A DNA stretch of 64,000 nt from Aquabacterium sp. (GTDB taxonomy: Bacteria; Pseudomonadota; Gammaproteobacteria; Burkholderiales; Burkholderiaceae_C): NCBI RefSeq assembly GCF_049274795.1, contig NZ_JBASTH010000100.1, positions 31,719 to 95,718 on the forward strand. Direction: 5' to 3'. Below the pieces are notes generated by a model. That model was not told where the DNA came from. It did no database searches and was given only the letters and a program-made list of their open reading frames with translations. Shown one piece after another: positions 43,630 through 52,140 of this stretch (the first letter of the stretch is position 1; each line of letters starts with the position of its first letter). The translations under genes were made by a program, and so were the position numbers.

Positions 43630-46011
43630 TCAAGCTCCCGACGCCATCAGGTGCCCGTCTGCATCAGCGGGGCCTGGAGCAGCCCCCGCCTGGGGAGCCG
43701 CCGCGGGAGCCGGGCGTTTACCGGCCAGCGCCGCCAGCACCTGGGCCTTGGGACCATCGGCCAGGATGCGTCCCCCATCGACCACGACCACCCGCTCGAC
43801 CACGTCCAGCAAGGCGGGGCGGTGCGTCACCACCACCAGCGTGCGCTCGCCGATCGATGTCTTGAGATGGCGGATGAAGTTCATCTCGGCCTGCGCATCC
43901 ATGGAACTGGTCGGCTCGTCCAGCAGCAGGATCTGCGGGTGCGTCACGAGGCAACGCGCCAGGGCCACCAGTTGTCGCTGCCCACCGGACAGCAGCCCTC
44001 CGGCCTCACCCACCGGCAGGTCGTAACCCAGCGGGTGCGACGCGGCGATCTTGTCCAGCCCCGTCAGCCTTGCCACCGAGAGAAAGTGCTCCACATCGGC
44101 ATTGCGGCGCCCCAGCAGCACGTTGTCCTTCAGCGTGCCGGCAAAAAGGCGTGGCTCCTGTGACACGAAGCCCATGTGCGCCCGGAAATCGGAAGGGTCG
44201 ATCTGCCGCAGGTCAATGCCATCGACCTCCACGAAGCCATCCGAAGGGCTGTAGAGCCCGCCCAGCATCCGCAGGATGGTGGACTTGCCGCTGCCGATCT
44301 TGCCCAGCAAGGCCACACGTTCACCCGGCTGGATATTGAGCGAAACCCCTTTGAGCACCGTGGGCGCATGCTGCCTGGTGCCTTGGGGATACGCGAAGCG
44401 CACCTCGTGCATGCCCAGTTGCCCCTGCAGCGCCGGGCGCGACAGATAACGCTTGCCTGGATCGCGCTCGGTGGGCATGGCCATCAACTGATCGAGCGAC
44501 TTGAGCGCAGCCTTGGCACCCTGGTAACGCGATGCCAGGTTGACCACCATGCCCAGCGGCGCGATCGCCCGCCCGCCAAACATGACGGCGGCGATCAGGG
44601 CCCCGCCCGTCAACTGCCCTGCATCGATCAGGTGCACTCCCCACAGCAGCATGGCGACCGTGATCAGCTGTTGCGCCACCATCGCGAAGTTGTTGACCCA
44701 GCTCGACAGCAAGCGGGCCTTCAGCGACGACACCGCGGCTGCGGCGTTGGCATCCTCGTAGCGCTGGATGAAGTGGCCCTGCGCACCGGCTGCGCGCACA
44801 TCCTCCATGCCTTCCACCGTCTCGATCAGCACGCCATGCAGATCGGCCTGCTGCCCCATGTTGGCCCGCATGTGGCGGCGCAGCAGGCTCTGGATGCCCA
44901 GCGTCATGCCCAGGATCAGAGGGATGGCCACCAGCAGCACCACCACCATCGGGCCGGCCACCAGCCAGGTCACCAGTACGAACAGGAAGATGAACGGCAG
45001 GTCCGTCACCGCCGAGATCGTCGCGGAAGTAGAGAAATCGCGCACCAGCTCGATCTGGGCCAGCCGGTGGGCAAAGGCACCCGCCGACTCGGGGCGGTGC
45101 TCCAGCCGGATGCCCATGGCCTGGCGGAAAATGGCATTGCCCAGGGCCAGGTCAGCCTTCTTGCCGGCCATGTCGATCAGGTAGCTGCGCAGTTGCCGCG
45201 CCACCAGATCGAAGGCAATGGCGACCAGCACGCCAGCCCCCATGGACCACAGCGTCACGAAAGCCTTGTTGGGGATCACGCGGTCGTATACCACGGACGT
45301 GAACAGGCCCGTCAGGATCATCAGCACATTGCTGAGCAAGGCGGCCAGCATGGCCGAGCGGTAGTAAGGGATGTAGCGCTTGATCGTCTGCCACAGCCAG
45401 TGCGAGCCCTCGCCTTCATCCTCGTCCGAGGGACGCGCACTGCGCGCTCCTGGCTTGAGTGCTGCGATCAGGGTGTAGCCGGAGTACTCCGCCAGCAGTT
45501 CTTCTTCAGTGGCGGTGCACAGCTCTTCTTCCGCGCCAGGCAACAGCACTTCGTAGCGATCGCCGCCTGACCGCTTGGAACGGCCACCGCTCAGGCGACG
45601 CGTCACGATGCAGGCATCGCCGTTCTTGAGCAGCATCACCACCGGCATCAGCAAGGACAGGATCTTGCTCGGAGGGCGCCGCACCACCGAGGCGCTGAAC
45701 CCCGCGTGGCGCAGCAGGCTGACGGCCTGCTGGGGCGTCATCGGCCCCTCAAGCGCCAAGCCATCGAGCAAGGACTGCTCGGAACGCTCGATGCCATGGT
45801 GACGGCACAACCACAAGAGCGCTTCGAGCAAGGGATCACCGCCGGCTCGCACGCTGCCGCCCACCTCGGGGGCGCCCGCTATGGGCTGCTCCTCGAAGTG
45901 CTCCGACGTGGAAGGATCGTGCGGATGGTCCAAAACCTTGACTCCCGCCCTGGCTGGATTGAATGGGCGTTCCCCGATGCTAGGCAAAGCCGGCGTTTTC
46001 TTTAGGGCCAT
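43630..46011 (-). CDS. type I secretion ABC transporter permease/ATPase with an N-terminal C39-like domain (LapB/HlyB family)
   Basis: The Walker A is LLGKIGSGKSTIL, the signature is LSGGQRQLVALARC and the Walker B is ILLLDEPTS. Six TM segments are present, and the N-terminal C39-like region is LLEALLWLCRHHGIERS. The start is uncertain (ATG at 46011, GTG at 46089). Confidence 0.85.
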   Translation of the reverse strand: MALKKTPALPSIGERPFNPARAGVKVLDHPHDPSTSEHFEEQPIAGAPEVGGSVRAGGDPLLEALLWLCRHHGIERSEQSLLDGLALEGPMTPQQAVSLLRHAGFSASVVRRPPSKILSLLMPVVMLLKNGDACIVTRRLSGGRSKRSGGDRYEVLLPGAEEELCTATEEELLAEYSGYTLIAALKPGARSARPSDEDEGEGSHWLWQTIKRYIPYYRSAMLAALLSNVLMILTGLFTSVVYDRVIPNKAFVTLWSMGAGVLVAIAFDLVARQLRSYLIDMAGKKADLALGNAIFRQAMGIRLEHRPESAGAFAHRLAQIELVRDFSTSATISAVTDLPFIFLFVLVTWLVAGPMVVVLLVAIPLILGMTLGIQSLLRRHMRANMGQQADLHGVLIETVEGMEDVRAAGAQGHFIQRYEDANAAAAVSSLKARLLSSWVNNFAMVAQQLITVAMLLWGVHLIDAGQLTGGALIAAVMFGGRAIAPLGMVVNLASRYQGAKAALKSLDQLMAMPTERDPGKRYLSRPALQGQLGMHEVRFAYPQGTRQHAPTVLKGVSLNIQPGERVALLGKIGSGKSTILRMLGGLYSPSDGFVEVDGIDLRQIDPSDFRAHMGFVSQEPRLFAGTLKDNVLLGRRNADVEHFLSVARLTGLDKIAASHPLGYDLPVGEAGGLLSGGQRQLVALARCLVTHPQILLLDEPTSSMDAQAEMNFIRHLKTSIGERTLVVVTHRPALLDVVERVVVVDGGRILADGPKAQVLAALAGKRPAPAAAPQAGAAPGPADADGHLMASGA

Positions 46012-46175
46012 AAGGGATGGCAACACCAGCCTTTTCCCTCTTGAGCACGGCCAGCGCTGTCGCCACGCACCAAACCGGGAACTGCACACGATTTCCGGGC
46101 CTATTGCCCCGGATGTCCGGCGCTCGCAGAACTAAGCTGTCGAGCAACATCGGCCCACGGCCCCACGAGACAGAC

Positions 46176-46922
46176 ATGAGCGACAACCCCAGGCAGATCC
46201 ACATCTTCTATCGCCATGTGCACGTGAAGGCCAATGCCCGCAGCCGCGACCCCAACAAGACGCGGCCAGAGTGGTTTTCGCACGAAATCTGCTTTCGCAA
46301 CCTGCTCGACACCGTGACCCGCGACCCGCTGGGCCACCGGGTGACGATCACCGTGATGTACGACGGCCCGCTGGAGGATCTCCAGACTGACTTCATCGCA
46401 CCCTACGTCGCCAGCAAAGACGCCCGCGTGCGGCTGCAACTGCTGCAAGCCGGTTCTGACCGCAACTCCTTTCTGATCACCCTCGGCCACGCCAACGGCC
46501 TGCCGTTGCCGGACACCGACCTGCTGTACTTCCTGGAAAACGACTACCTGCACCAGCATGGCTGGGTAAGCAAGGTATTCGAGCTGTACGACAGCGGCCA
46601 GGCCTTCGACATGGTCTCCCTGTACGACCACAAGGACAAGTACATGCTCCCGATGTATGCCTCACTGACTGCCCGACTCTGCCTCAGCCGCTCGCACCAC
46701 TGGCGCACCACGCCATCCACCTGCGCGTCCTTCCTGTTGTCCAAGGCAGCACTGGCGCGCGACCATGATGCGCTGACCAGTGGCCAGACTGACTACTACT
46801 TCTTCCGCGAAGTGGTCGAGAACCGCGGCCGCGTGCTGCTCTCGCCCATCCCGGGCCTGTCGACCCACGCCATGGAGGGCTACCTCAGCCCCAACGTGGA
46901 CTGGGCCGCGCTGGCTCAGTGA
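46176..46922 (+). CDS. hypothetical protein, possibly a GT-A-fold glycosyltransferase
   Basis: The 248-aa product begins MSDNPRQIHIFYRHVHVKANARSRDPNKTRPEWFSHEICFRNLL and contains LLYFLENDYL, a D-x-D-like motif. It lies directly upstream of the DegT aminotransferase. Its function is not established. Confidence 0.4.
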   Translation: MSDNPRQIHIFYRHVHVKANARSRDPNKTRPEWFSHEICFRNLLDTVTRDPLGHRVTITVMYDGPLEDLQTDFIAPYVASKDARVRLQLLQAGSDRNSFLITLGHANGLPLPDTDLLYFLENDYLHQHGWVSKVFELYDSGQAFDMVSLYDHKDKYMLPMYASLTARLCLSRSHHWRTTPSTCASFLLSKAALARDHDALTSGQTDYYFFREVVENRGRVLLSPIPGLSTHAMEGYLSPNVDWAALAQ

Positions 46923-46965
46923 CATGTCCCGTACCGCTCGCCCCGTCTGCTTTCCGGAGTCCGCC

Positions 46966-48132
46966 ATGAGCGACAAGCCGATCTACGTCACCCAGCCCTT
47001 CCTGCCGCCACTGGCAGAGTTTGCCCCCTATCTGGAACAGATCTGGAACAGCAAGGTGCTGACCAATGGCGGCCCGTTCCACCAGCAACTTGAAAAGGCC
47101 CTGTGCGAGTACCTGGGGGTCGATCACATCGCCCTGTTCAGCAACGGCACCCTCGCCCTGGTTACGGCGCTGCAGTCCCTGCGCATCACCGGGGAGGTGA
47201 TCACCACGCCCTACTCTTTCGTCGCCACGGCGCACTCGCTGCTGTGGAATGGCATCAAGCCTGTCTTTGTCGACATTGATCCACGCACACTCAATCTCGA
47301 CCCGCGCCAAATCGAGGCCGCGATCACGCCGCAGACCACCGCCATCATGCCGGTGCACTGCTATGGCCATCCCTGCGATGTCGATGCCATCCAGCGCATC
47401 GCGGACAACTACAACCTGCGCGTGATCTATGACGCCGCCCATGCCTTCGGCGTGGAGCATGGCGGCAGCAGCATCCTGCGCACGGGCGACCTGTCGGTGC
47501 TGAGTTTTCACGCCACCAAGGTGTTCAACACCTTCGAAGGCGGCGCCATCATCTGCCCCGATGCCAAGACCAAGCAACGCATCGACCACCTCAAGAACTT
47601 CGGCTTCGTCGACGAACTGACTGTGGTGGCGCCCGGCATCAACGGCAAGATGAGCGAACTCAATGCCAGCCTGGGGCTGCTGCAGCTCAAGCACATCGAC
47701 CGCGCCATCGAGCGCCGCAAGGAGATCGATGCCATCTACCGCTCGCAACTTGACGGCATCAAGGGCCTGAAGTGCGTGCAGGACACGGGTGAGAGCCGGC
47801 AGAACCACTCCTACTTCCCGATCCTGATCGACAGCGAATTCCCGATCAGCCGCGACGACCTCTATGACGTGCTCAAGAAGCACAACATCTACGCACGCCG
47901 CTACTTCTACCCGCTGATCTCGGAGTTCCCGATGTACCGAGGCCTTCCCTCGGCCCACGCGAGCAACCTGCCGCACGCCACGGCCGCATCACGCCAGGTA
48001 CTGTGCCTGCCGATCTACCCGGACCTGACCGGCGCCGACCAGGCCCGCGTGATCAAGCTGGTCAAGGCGGCGGCACGCCGCTCGGCGGCCAAGGCAGGCA
48101 AAGCCCCCACCTCACCACCCGTTGCGGCTTAA
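46966..48132 (+). CDS. DegT/DnrJ/EryC1/StrS-family sugar aminotransferase
   Basis: The product begins MSDKPIYVTQPFLPPLAEFAPYLEQIWNSKVLTNGGPFHQQLEKAL and contains DAAHAFG and SFHATKVFNTFEGG (the PLP lysine). The ATG at 46966 fits the family N-terminus. Confidence 0.85.
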   Translation: MSDKPIYVTQPFLPPLAEFAPYLEQIWNSKVLTNGGPFHQQLEKALCEYLGVDHIALFSNGTLALVTALQSLRITGEVITTPYSFVATAHSLLWNGIKPVFVDIDPRTLNLDPRQIEAAITPQTTAIMPVHCYGHPCDVDAIQRIADNYNLRVIYDAAHAFGVEHGGSSILRTGDLSVLSFHATKVFNTFEGGAIICPDAKTKQRIDHLKNFGFVDELTVVAPGINGKMSELNASLGLLQLKHIDRAIERRKEIDAIYRSQLDGIKGLKCVQDTGESRQNHSYFPILIDSEFPISRDDLYDVLKKHNIYARRYFYPLISEFPMYRGLPSAHASNLPHATAASRQVLCLPIYPDLTGADQARVIKLVKAAARRSAAKAGKAPTSPPVAA

Positions 48133-48154
48133 GCCCAGACAACCCCAAAAACAA

Positions 48155-48184
48155 AACCCCACAGCCCAGAAAGGCTGCGGGGTT
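48155..48184 (+). terminator. imperfect hairpin after the aminotransferase gene (possible terminator, no clear U-tract)
   Basis: The sequence AACCCCACAGCC-cagaaa-GGCTGCGGGGTT pairs at 11 of 12 positions. Confidence 0.3.
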
Positions 48185-48191
48185 GGATGCT

Positions 48192-48265
48192 TGGAGGCGC
48201 GGCCCGGAGTCGAACCGGGCTAGACGGATTTGCAATCCGGTGCATAACCGCTTTGCTACCGCGCC
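48192..48265 (-). tRNA. tRNA-Cys (anticodon GCA)
   Basis: The reverse complement is GGCGCGGTAGCAAAGCGGTTATGCACCGGATTGCAAATCCGTCTAGCCCGGTTCGACTCCGGGCCGCGCCTCCA. It has a 7-bp acceptor stem (GGCGCGG/CCGCGCC), a T-arm (CCCGG-TTCGACT-CCGGG), the anticodon loop TTGCAAA and an encoded CCA. Confidence 0.9.
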
Positions 48266-48280
48266 GAAAAAAAGGGAAGC

Positions 48281-48306
48281 TGGAGCGGGATAAGAGACTC
48301 GAACCC
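48281..48306 (-). other. truncated 3' end of a tRNA-Gly-like gene (att-type remnant at the island boundary)
   Basis: The reverse complement GGGTTCGAGTCTCTTATCCCGCTCCA comprises a T-loop, the 3' T-stem, the 3' acceptor strand, a discriminator and CCA. No matching 5' acceptor strand (GCGGGAT) or 5' T-stem (AAGAG) lies upstream, so the gene is incomplete. The Gly identity is inferred from resemblance of the acceptor/T-arm to bacterial tRNA-Gly. Confidence 0.55.
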
Positions 48307-48596
48307 ACCCCGTAACTCCTTGTCAGCACACACTTTTCAGTGCGGGGCGTGCTGATCATGGGCCACATTATGTGCCATTTTTTCCGCTTTGTGCTTGGCA
48401 TTGCTGGTCGCCTGCGCTCTCGGCTGACATGCCTCCAGCCATATGAAACTGAGGATAACATCTGAAGCAGTCGTTTACAGGGAGGGTCGGGACAGTAGCC
48501 GAGCATCGAAAGCTGCAGTCATGCGTATTCCCCCATGTTTCGATGACGTTCATTTCAACGAAATCCAACACGCATCTTTAGCGGAAAGGGACTCAC

Positions 48597-49310
48597 ATGC
48601 GCGTGCTCATGTCAACGCTGATCGCTCTAGCAATTACCTCAACACCGTGTTTCGCTCAGGAGCCCGAATGGCAACCGACGAAGGTGGAAGATGGTGTCCA
48701 ACTCTTTGCAAAAAAAGAGGTCGATGAAGGGAAGACACCACTGAAGACCTTCAAGGGAGTGGTCAAAGTCAAAGCGTCGATGAAGCAAGTGTTAGCCCTT
48801 GTATTGGTGCGAGAAACCTTTTCGAACTGGGTCTACAACATGCTCGAAGATCGGACCCTTGCCGAAGACAATACAGATCAGTCTTATTGCTACATGGTCA
48901 TCAAAGGTCAATGGCCTACAAGCGACAGAGATACCGTGGCCAGGGTCACCGTAAAGCAAGACCCCAAGTCGTTGGACGTAACCGTGTTTGCAGATTCCCG
49001 AGGCGTCGATCAGAAGCGCGTCCCGGAACAAGAAGGGCGCGTTCGCATGACCAACATGTACTCGGGCTTCACAGTCAAGCCAATTTCCGCCAACGAAACA
49101 ATCGTGGAACTTGAGGGCTTTGCCGATCCGGCAGGGAGCATTCCGCCATTCCTGACGAATAAGGTCGCGTCCACTTTGCCCGCTAAGACACTTAGCGCGT
49201 TGAAAGCCAAGGTTGAATCAGGGCAATTCGATGTTAAGGCATTGGAGACAGTCCCTTTTGCACAAATCTCAATGAAGAAAATCGTTCTGCCTCAACAAAC
49301 CACGCCATAA
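48597..49310 (+). CDS. secreted START/SRPBCC-like lipid-binding domain protein
   Basis: It has a signal peptide (MRVLMSTLIALAITSTPCFAQ). The body has a START-like pattern (WQPTKVEDGVQLFAKK...FKGVVKVKASMKQVLALVLVRETFSNWVYNM...YCYMVIKGQWPTSDRDTV...GSIPPFLTNKVAS). Confidence 0.6.
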   Translation: MRVLMSTLIALAITSTPCFAQEPEWQPTKVEDGVQLFAKKEVDEGKTPLKTFKGVVKVKASMKQVLALVLVRETFSNWVYNMLEDRTLAEDNTDQSYCYMVIKGQWPTSDRDTVARVTVKQDPKSLDVTVFADSRGVDQKRVPEQEGRVRMTNMYSGFTVKPISANETIVELEGFADPAGSIPPFLTNKVASTLPAKTLSALKAKVESGQFDVKALETVPFAQISMKKIVLPQQTTP

Positions 49311-49404
49311 CCATTTTGATAATGAAGGCTTTGGCGCGCATGAACGCCAAATTCGTATCATCCAATGCCTGCCATCTTTGCATTGGCAGGCCGCAGTAGA
49401 AGCA

Positions 49405-49445
49405 AGAAACCCGCTGGCAGGGCCGCCAGCGGGTTTCTTTTCTTG
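49405..49445 (+). terminator. strong Rho-independent terminator (bidirectional position between convergent genes)
   Basis: A perfect 14-bp stem (AGAAACCCGCTGGC-agggcc-GCCAGCGGGTTTCT) is followed by TTTCTT. Confidence 0.8.
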
Positions 49446-49472
49446 CTCAAGATCTATTGCCACGCATAATTC

Positions 49473-50915
49473 TCATGCGACTTCAATTTTCTGTACAGCA
49501 CTAAGAGGGGCAAGCGAAATAATTACCTTAAAACATGAACCACGCCCTACTTCACTGTCAACAAGCAGCAAGGCACTCATGCTGCCTGCCAACTGCTGAC
49601 ATATTGCCAAACCCAGGCCATTGCCGCCAAATCGGCGAGACAGGCTGGACTCGACCTGATAAAAAGGTTGAAAAATATTCTCCAATTCTTCGGCAGCAAT
49701 ACCTATTCCCGTATCAGAAACAGAGAATTCAACTCTCTCCTCTAATGCCATTGTCTCCACCAAATTGATTGAAACAGCAACACCCCCCTTGCTGGTGAAT
49801 TTGACTGCATTTGCCATGAGATTAGAAAGCACTCGACGCAATGCTGACGCCGGCCCCATATAACATGAATGCTGCAAATTGCGATCAATATTCACCACAA
49901 GAGAAAGCCCTTTTTCAACGGCGTACTCCTCAATCAACTGCACGCATTGAGCAACAAGATCAACCAAATTAAATTCAGTTACAGCAGGCCGCTTAATTTG
50001 TTCGCTCATCGCGCCCAAATCAAGCAAGTCGTCAAATGTGCGTAGAAGCTGCTGGCACCGACCATCTACTTTGCGAAGCATCTCCATTCGCTTTTCAGTG
50101 AGTTCACCCTTCATGTCCAATCTGACTACTTCCATTGCATGAACTACCGCGTTGACTGGTGTACGCATTTCATGGCTTAGCATTGCAATGAATTTCATCT
50201 TGGCTTGCATACCTATCGCCTGAGCCTCGATCAATCTTGCCTGTATCGATGTCATTTCACGCAATCTCTTTTGTCGCACAAAGAGATAACGCTGCCTCCT
50301 ATCCGAGATTTGCCGCATTAACATTCCTGTCATGTTGGCCACAATGATGTAAGTGATCATCCGATAAGTGGATGAGTCGTGACCAACATCAGACAAATTG
50401 ATGACCGTCAAGCTCATTGCCAGAAAGATGACACTCATCACGCCGGCCACCGGCACGGACAGATGCATGAAGTAATAACAAGATACTGTCAGCAAGAGGC
50501 ACATGGCAGTGACTGACAGATAGAAGAATTCTGGATGACCGGGTATTTGCGCTGCAAACTCAAACCACAGAATGAAGGCCGAATACACTACAAGCCAGAC
50601 GCATACAATGGGTTGGAAAAAGCGCCGGTAGAGTTCAATTCTGTACTTGAAAGTCAGCCCCCCGATCACAAAGGCCAAAGCCACGAGCGGACGCACCCAT
50701 TGGATTCTTTCAGTCAACGGACGCCCATATCCAAAAACCTCCACAGCCGAGAATCCAAAGAAACTCAATCCGGCCATGTAGAAAAAGATGGGCACCATTT
50801 CTACCCCATCCTCTTGGTATTTAGCACGAAACAAGCGCTCAGTATCTGAATTCTTAAAAGATCGCCCAGCGAAAAGAAAATATATTCTCTGAAGCCGTCT
50901 AATCACCTTACTCAC
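49473..50915 (-). CDS. membrane sensor histidine kinase (HisKA + HATPase_c)
   Basis: The H-box is FIAMLSHEMRTPVNAV, the N-box is NLMANAVKFT, G1 is DTGIGI and G2 is GGNGLGLAICQQL. About six N-terminal hydrophobic helices are present. I prefer the GTG at 50915, which overlaps the upstream stop (GTGA); an ATG at 50798 is the alternative. Confidence 0.8.
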   Translation of the reverse strand: MSKVIRRLQRIYFLFAGRSFKNSDTERLFRAKYQEDGVEMVPIFFYMAGLSFFGFSAVEVFGYGRPLTERIQWVRPLVALAFVIGGLTFKYRIELYRRFFQPIVCVWLVVYSAFILWFEFAAQIPGHPEFFYLSVTAMCLLLTVSCYYFMHLSVPVAGVMSVIFLAMSLTVINLSDVGHDSSTYRMITYIIVANMTGMLMRQISDRRQRYLFVRQKRLREMTSIQARLIEAQAIGMQAKMKFIAMLSHEMRTPVNAVVHAMEVVRLDMKGELTEKRMEMLRKVDGRCQQLLRTFDDLLDLGAMSEQIKRPAVTEFNLVDLVAQCVQLIEEYAVEKGLSLVVNIDRNLQHSCYMGPASALRRVLSNLMANAVKFTSKGGVAVSINLVETMALEERVEFSVSDTGIGIAAEELENIFQPFYQVESSLSRRFGGNGLGLAICQQLAGSMSALLLVDSEVGRGSCFKVIISLAPLSAVQKIEVA

Positions 50916-51859
50916 CCCTCGCTGATCAGAATATTGGCAATCAACTCTGATTTTTTGCTGTTCGGATCTACAGCAGATGCAGCACAACATGGCACCGCGC
51001 CCGCATATGCACCCGGGAATTGGGGAAAGCTCCATCCTTCCACCCCACGCAGATGAAAGTAACGAACACCAACGAGCTTCATTTTTTGCAAAGCAAAGCC
51101 GGAGCACTCTGGATAAACCTCATTCAACACAATCAATCCTGGCCAAAACAAATCTATATAGCTCTCAATCGCACCCGCCCTTGAAATATTTACCAATATA
51201 GTTTCCGATCCATGCAATTGCTGCACTGGCAACGTACCCCGGCAAACTGCATCCTCGTGCTCAGGATCCACTTCAATAACGTGAAATTGAGTTGTCTGCG
51301 TCAATTGGCTCACCACCCGTTTACCTACGAAGCCAGCGGCACCAAGGACCACCACATTACACTTACGGGCCAAAGCAGCACGCTGCCTCAATAATTCAAT
51401 AGCTCCAACAATCCATTGAACTGTCCTCATCACCTCAATTGGCGCCCGCTGAATACCGGCCTTAGACATGAGACTTGGTAGCACACCGGAATAAGCCACG
51501 AAATCAATGCCGAGTATGGCTGCTATGCCTTGCATTTCTTCATACAATTGCCGAAGGTTATTATCAGCAGAGGGATGAGACATTTCATCCTCACAAGCAC
51601 CCATATAAAAAACGAGCCCCCCGCCGTCTCCGTGGCGAAAAATTCCCGCGAACCTCGGATGCCACTTCACTTTGGCGGCATACCAGGGAAACGTCACCGA
51701 CTCCAAATAACGTCTATTCGCTGGATAAAACAATGCCACGGTGTTGATTTTTCCGCGAAACGCGATCTTGATGATTGCCCCAAAAATATAAAGGGTAAAT
51801 TTCGCAGTCAATATTTCTGCCAAAACAATACGGATTCCCGCAATCAGGTTATTTCGCAT
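50912..51859 (-). CDS. NAD(P)-binding oxidoreductase resembling the acyl-ACP reductase / shikimate-dehydrogenase-like family
   Basis: It has a Rossmann motif (VVVLGAAGFVGKRV). The overall layout aligns by eye with cyanobacterial acyl-ACP reductase (...LGIDFVAYSG..., NVVVLGAAG.VG..V, LIVLNEVYPE, VPCCAAS with a conserved Cys). It also has an N-terminal hydrophobic helix. The function is inferred only. Confidence 0.45.
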   Translation of the reverse strand: MRNNLIAGIRIVLAEILTAKFTLYIFGAIIKIAFRGKINTVALFYPANRRYLESVTFPWYAAKVKWHPRFAGIFRHGDGGGLVFYMGACEDEMSHPSADNNLRQLYEEMQGIAAILGIDFVAYSGVLPSLMSKAGIQRAPIEVMRTVQWIVGAIELLRQRAALARKCNVVVLGAAGFVGKRVVSQLTQTTQFHVIEVDPEHEDAVCRGTLPVQQLHGSETILVNISRAGAIESYIDLFWPGLIVLNEVYPECSGFALQKMKLVGVRYFHLRGVEGWSFPQFPGAYAGAVPCCAASAVDPNSKKSELIANILISEG

Positions 51860-52140
51860 ATCATTTTGATGGACAATCCATCACTCTCCTTGTTGAATAT
51901 TTTCACCCTATTGACAAGACCATAGCGCACACCTCGTCGCCCTTTGGACTAAGGTTTACCCCCGGAAAGAGTTGAGGGCGACAATCAATTTGTTTCAATG
52001 TATGCAAATTGAAACAAATCCGCAATGGATCAAGCTGCGTTGACAGTTTGTCAGCTCTACGCTTGGCTGCGTGGAATCGAAAGAGATGTATAAAATGGGA
52101 CGCTTGAAGAGCCCGCTGATAGGCGGCCATAGATAACTGG

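Noticed and set aside
37868-47976. Long opposite-strand ORFs at 37868-39295 (-), 44176-45570 (+) and 46885-47976 (-)
   Set aside because: Each is antisense to a gene with strong family motifs (GT4-FkbM, ABC transporter, DegT). None has a plausible RBS or a recognisable domain.
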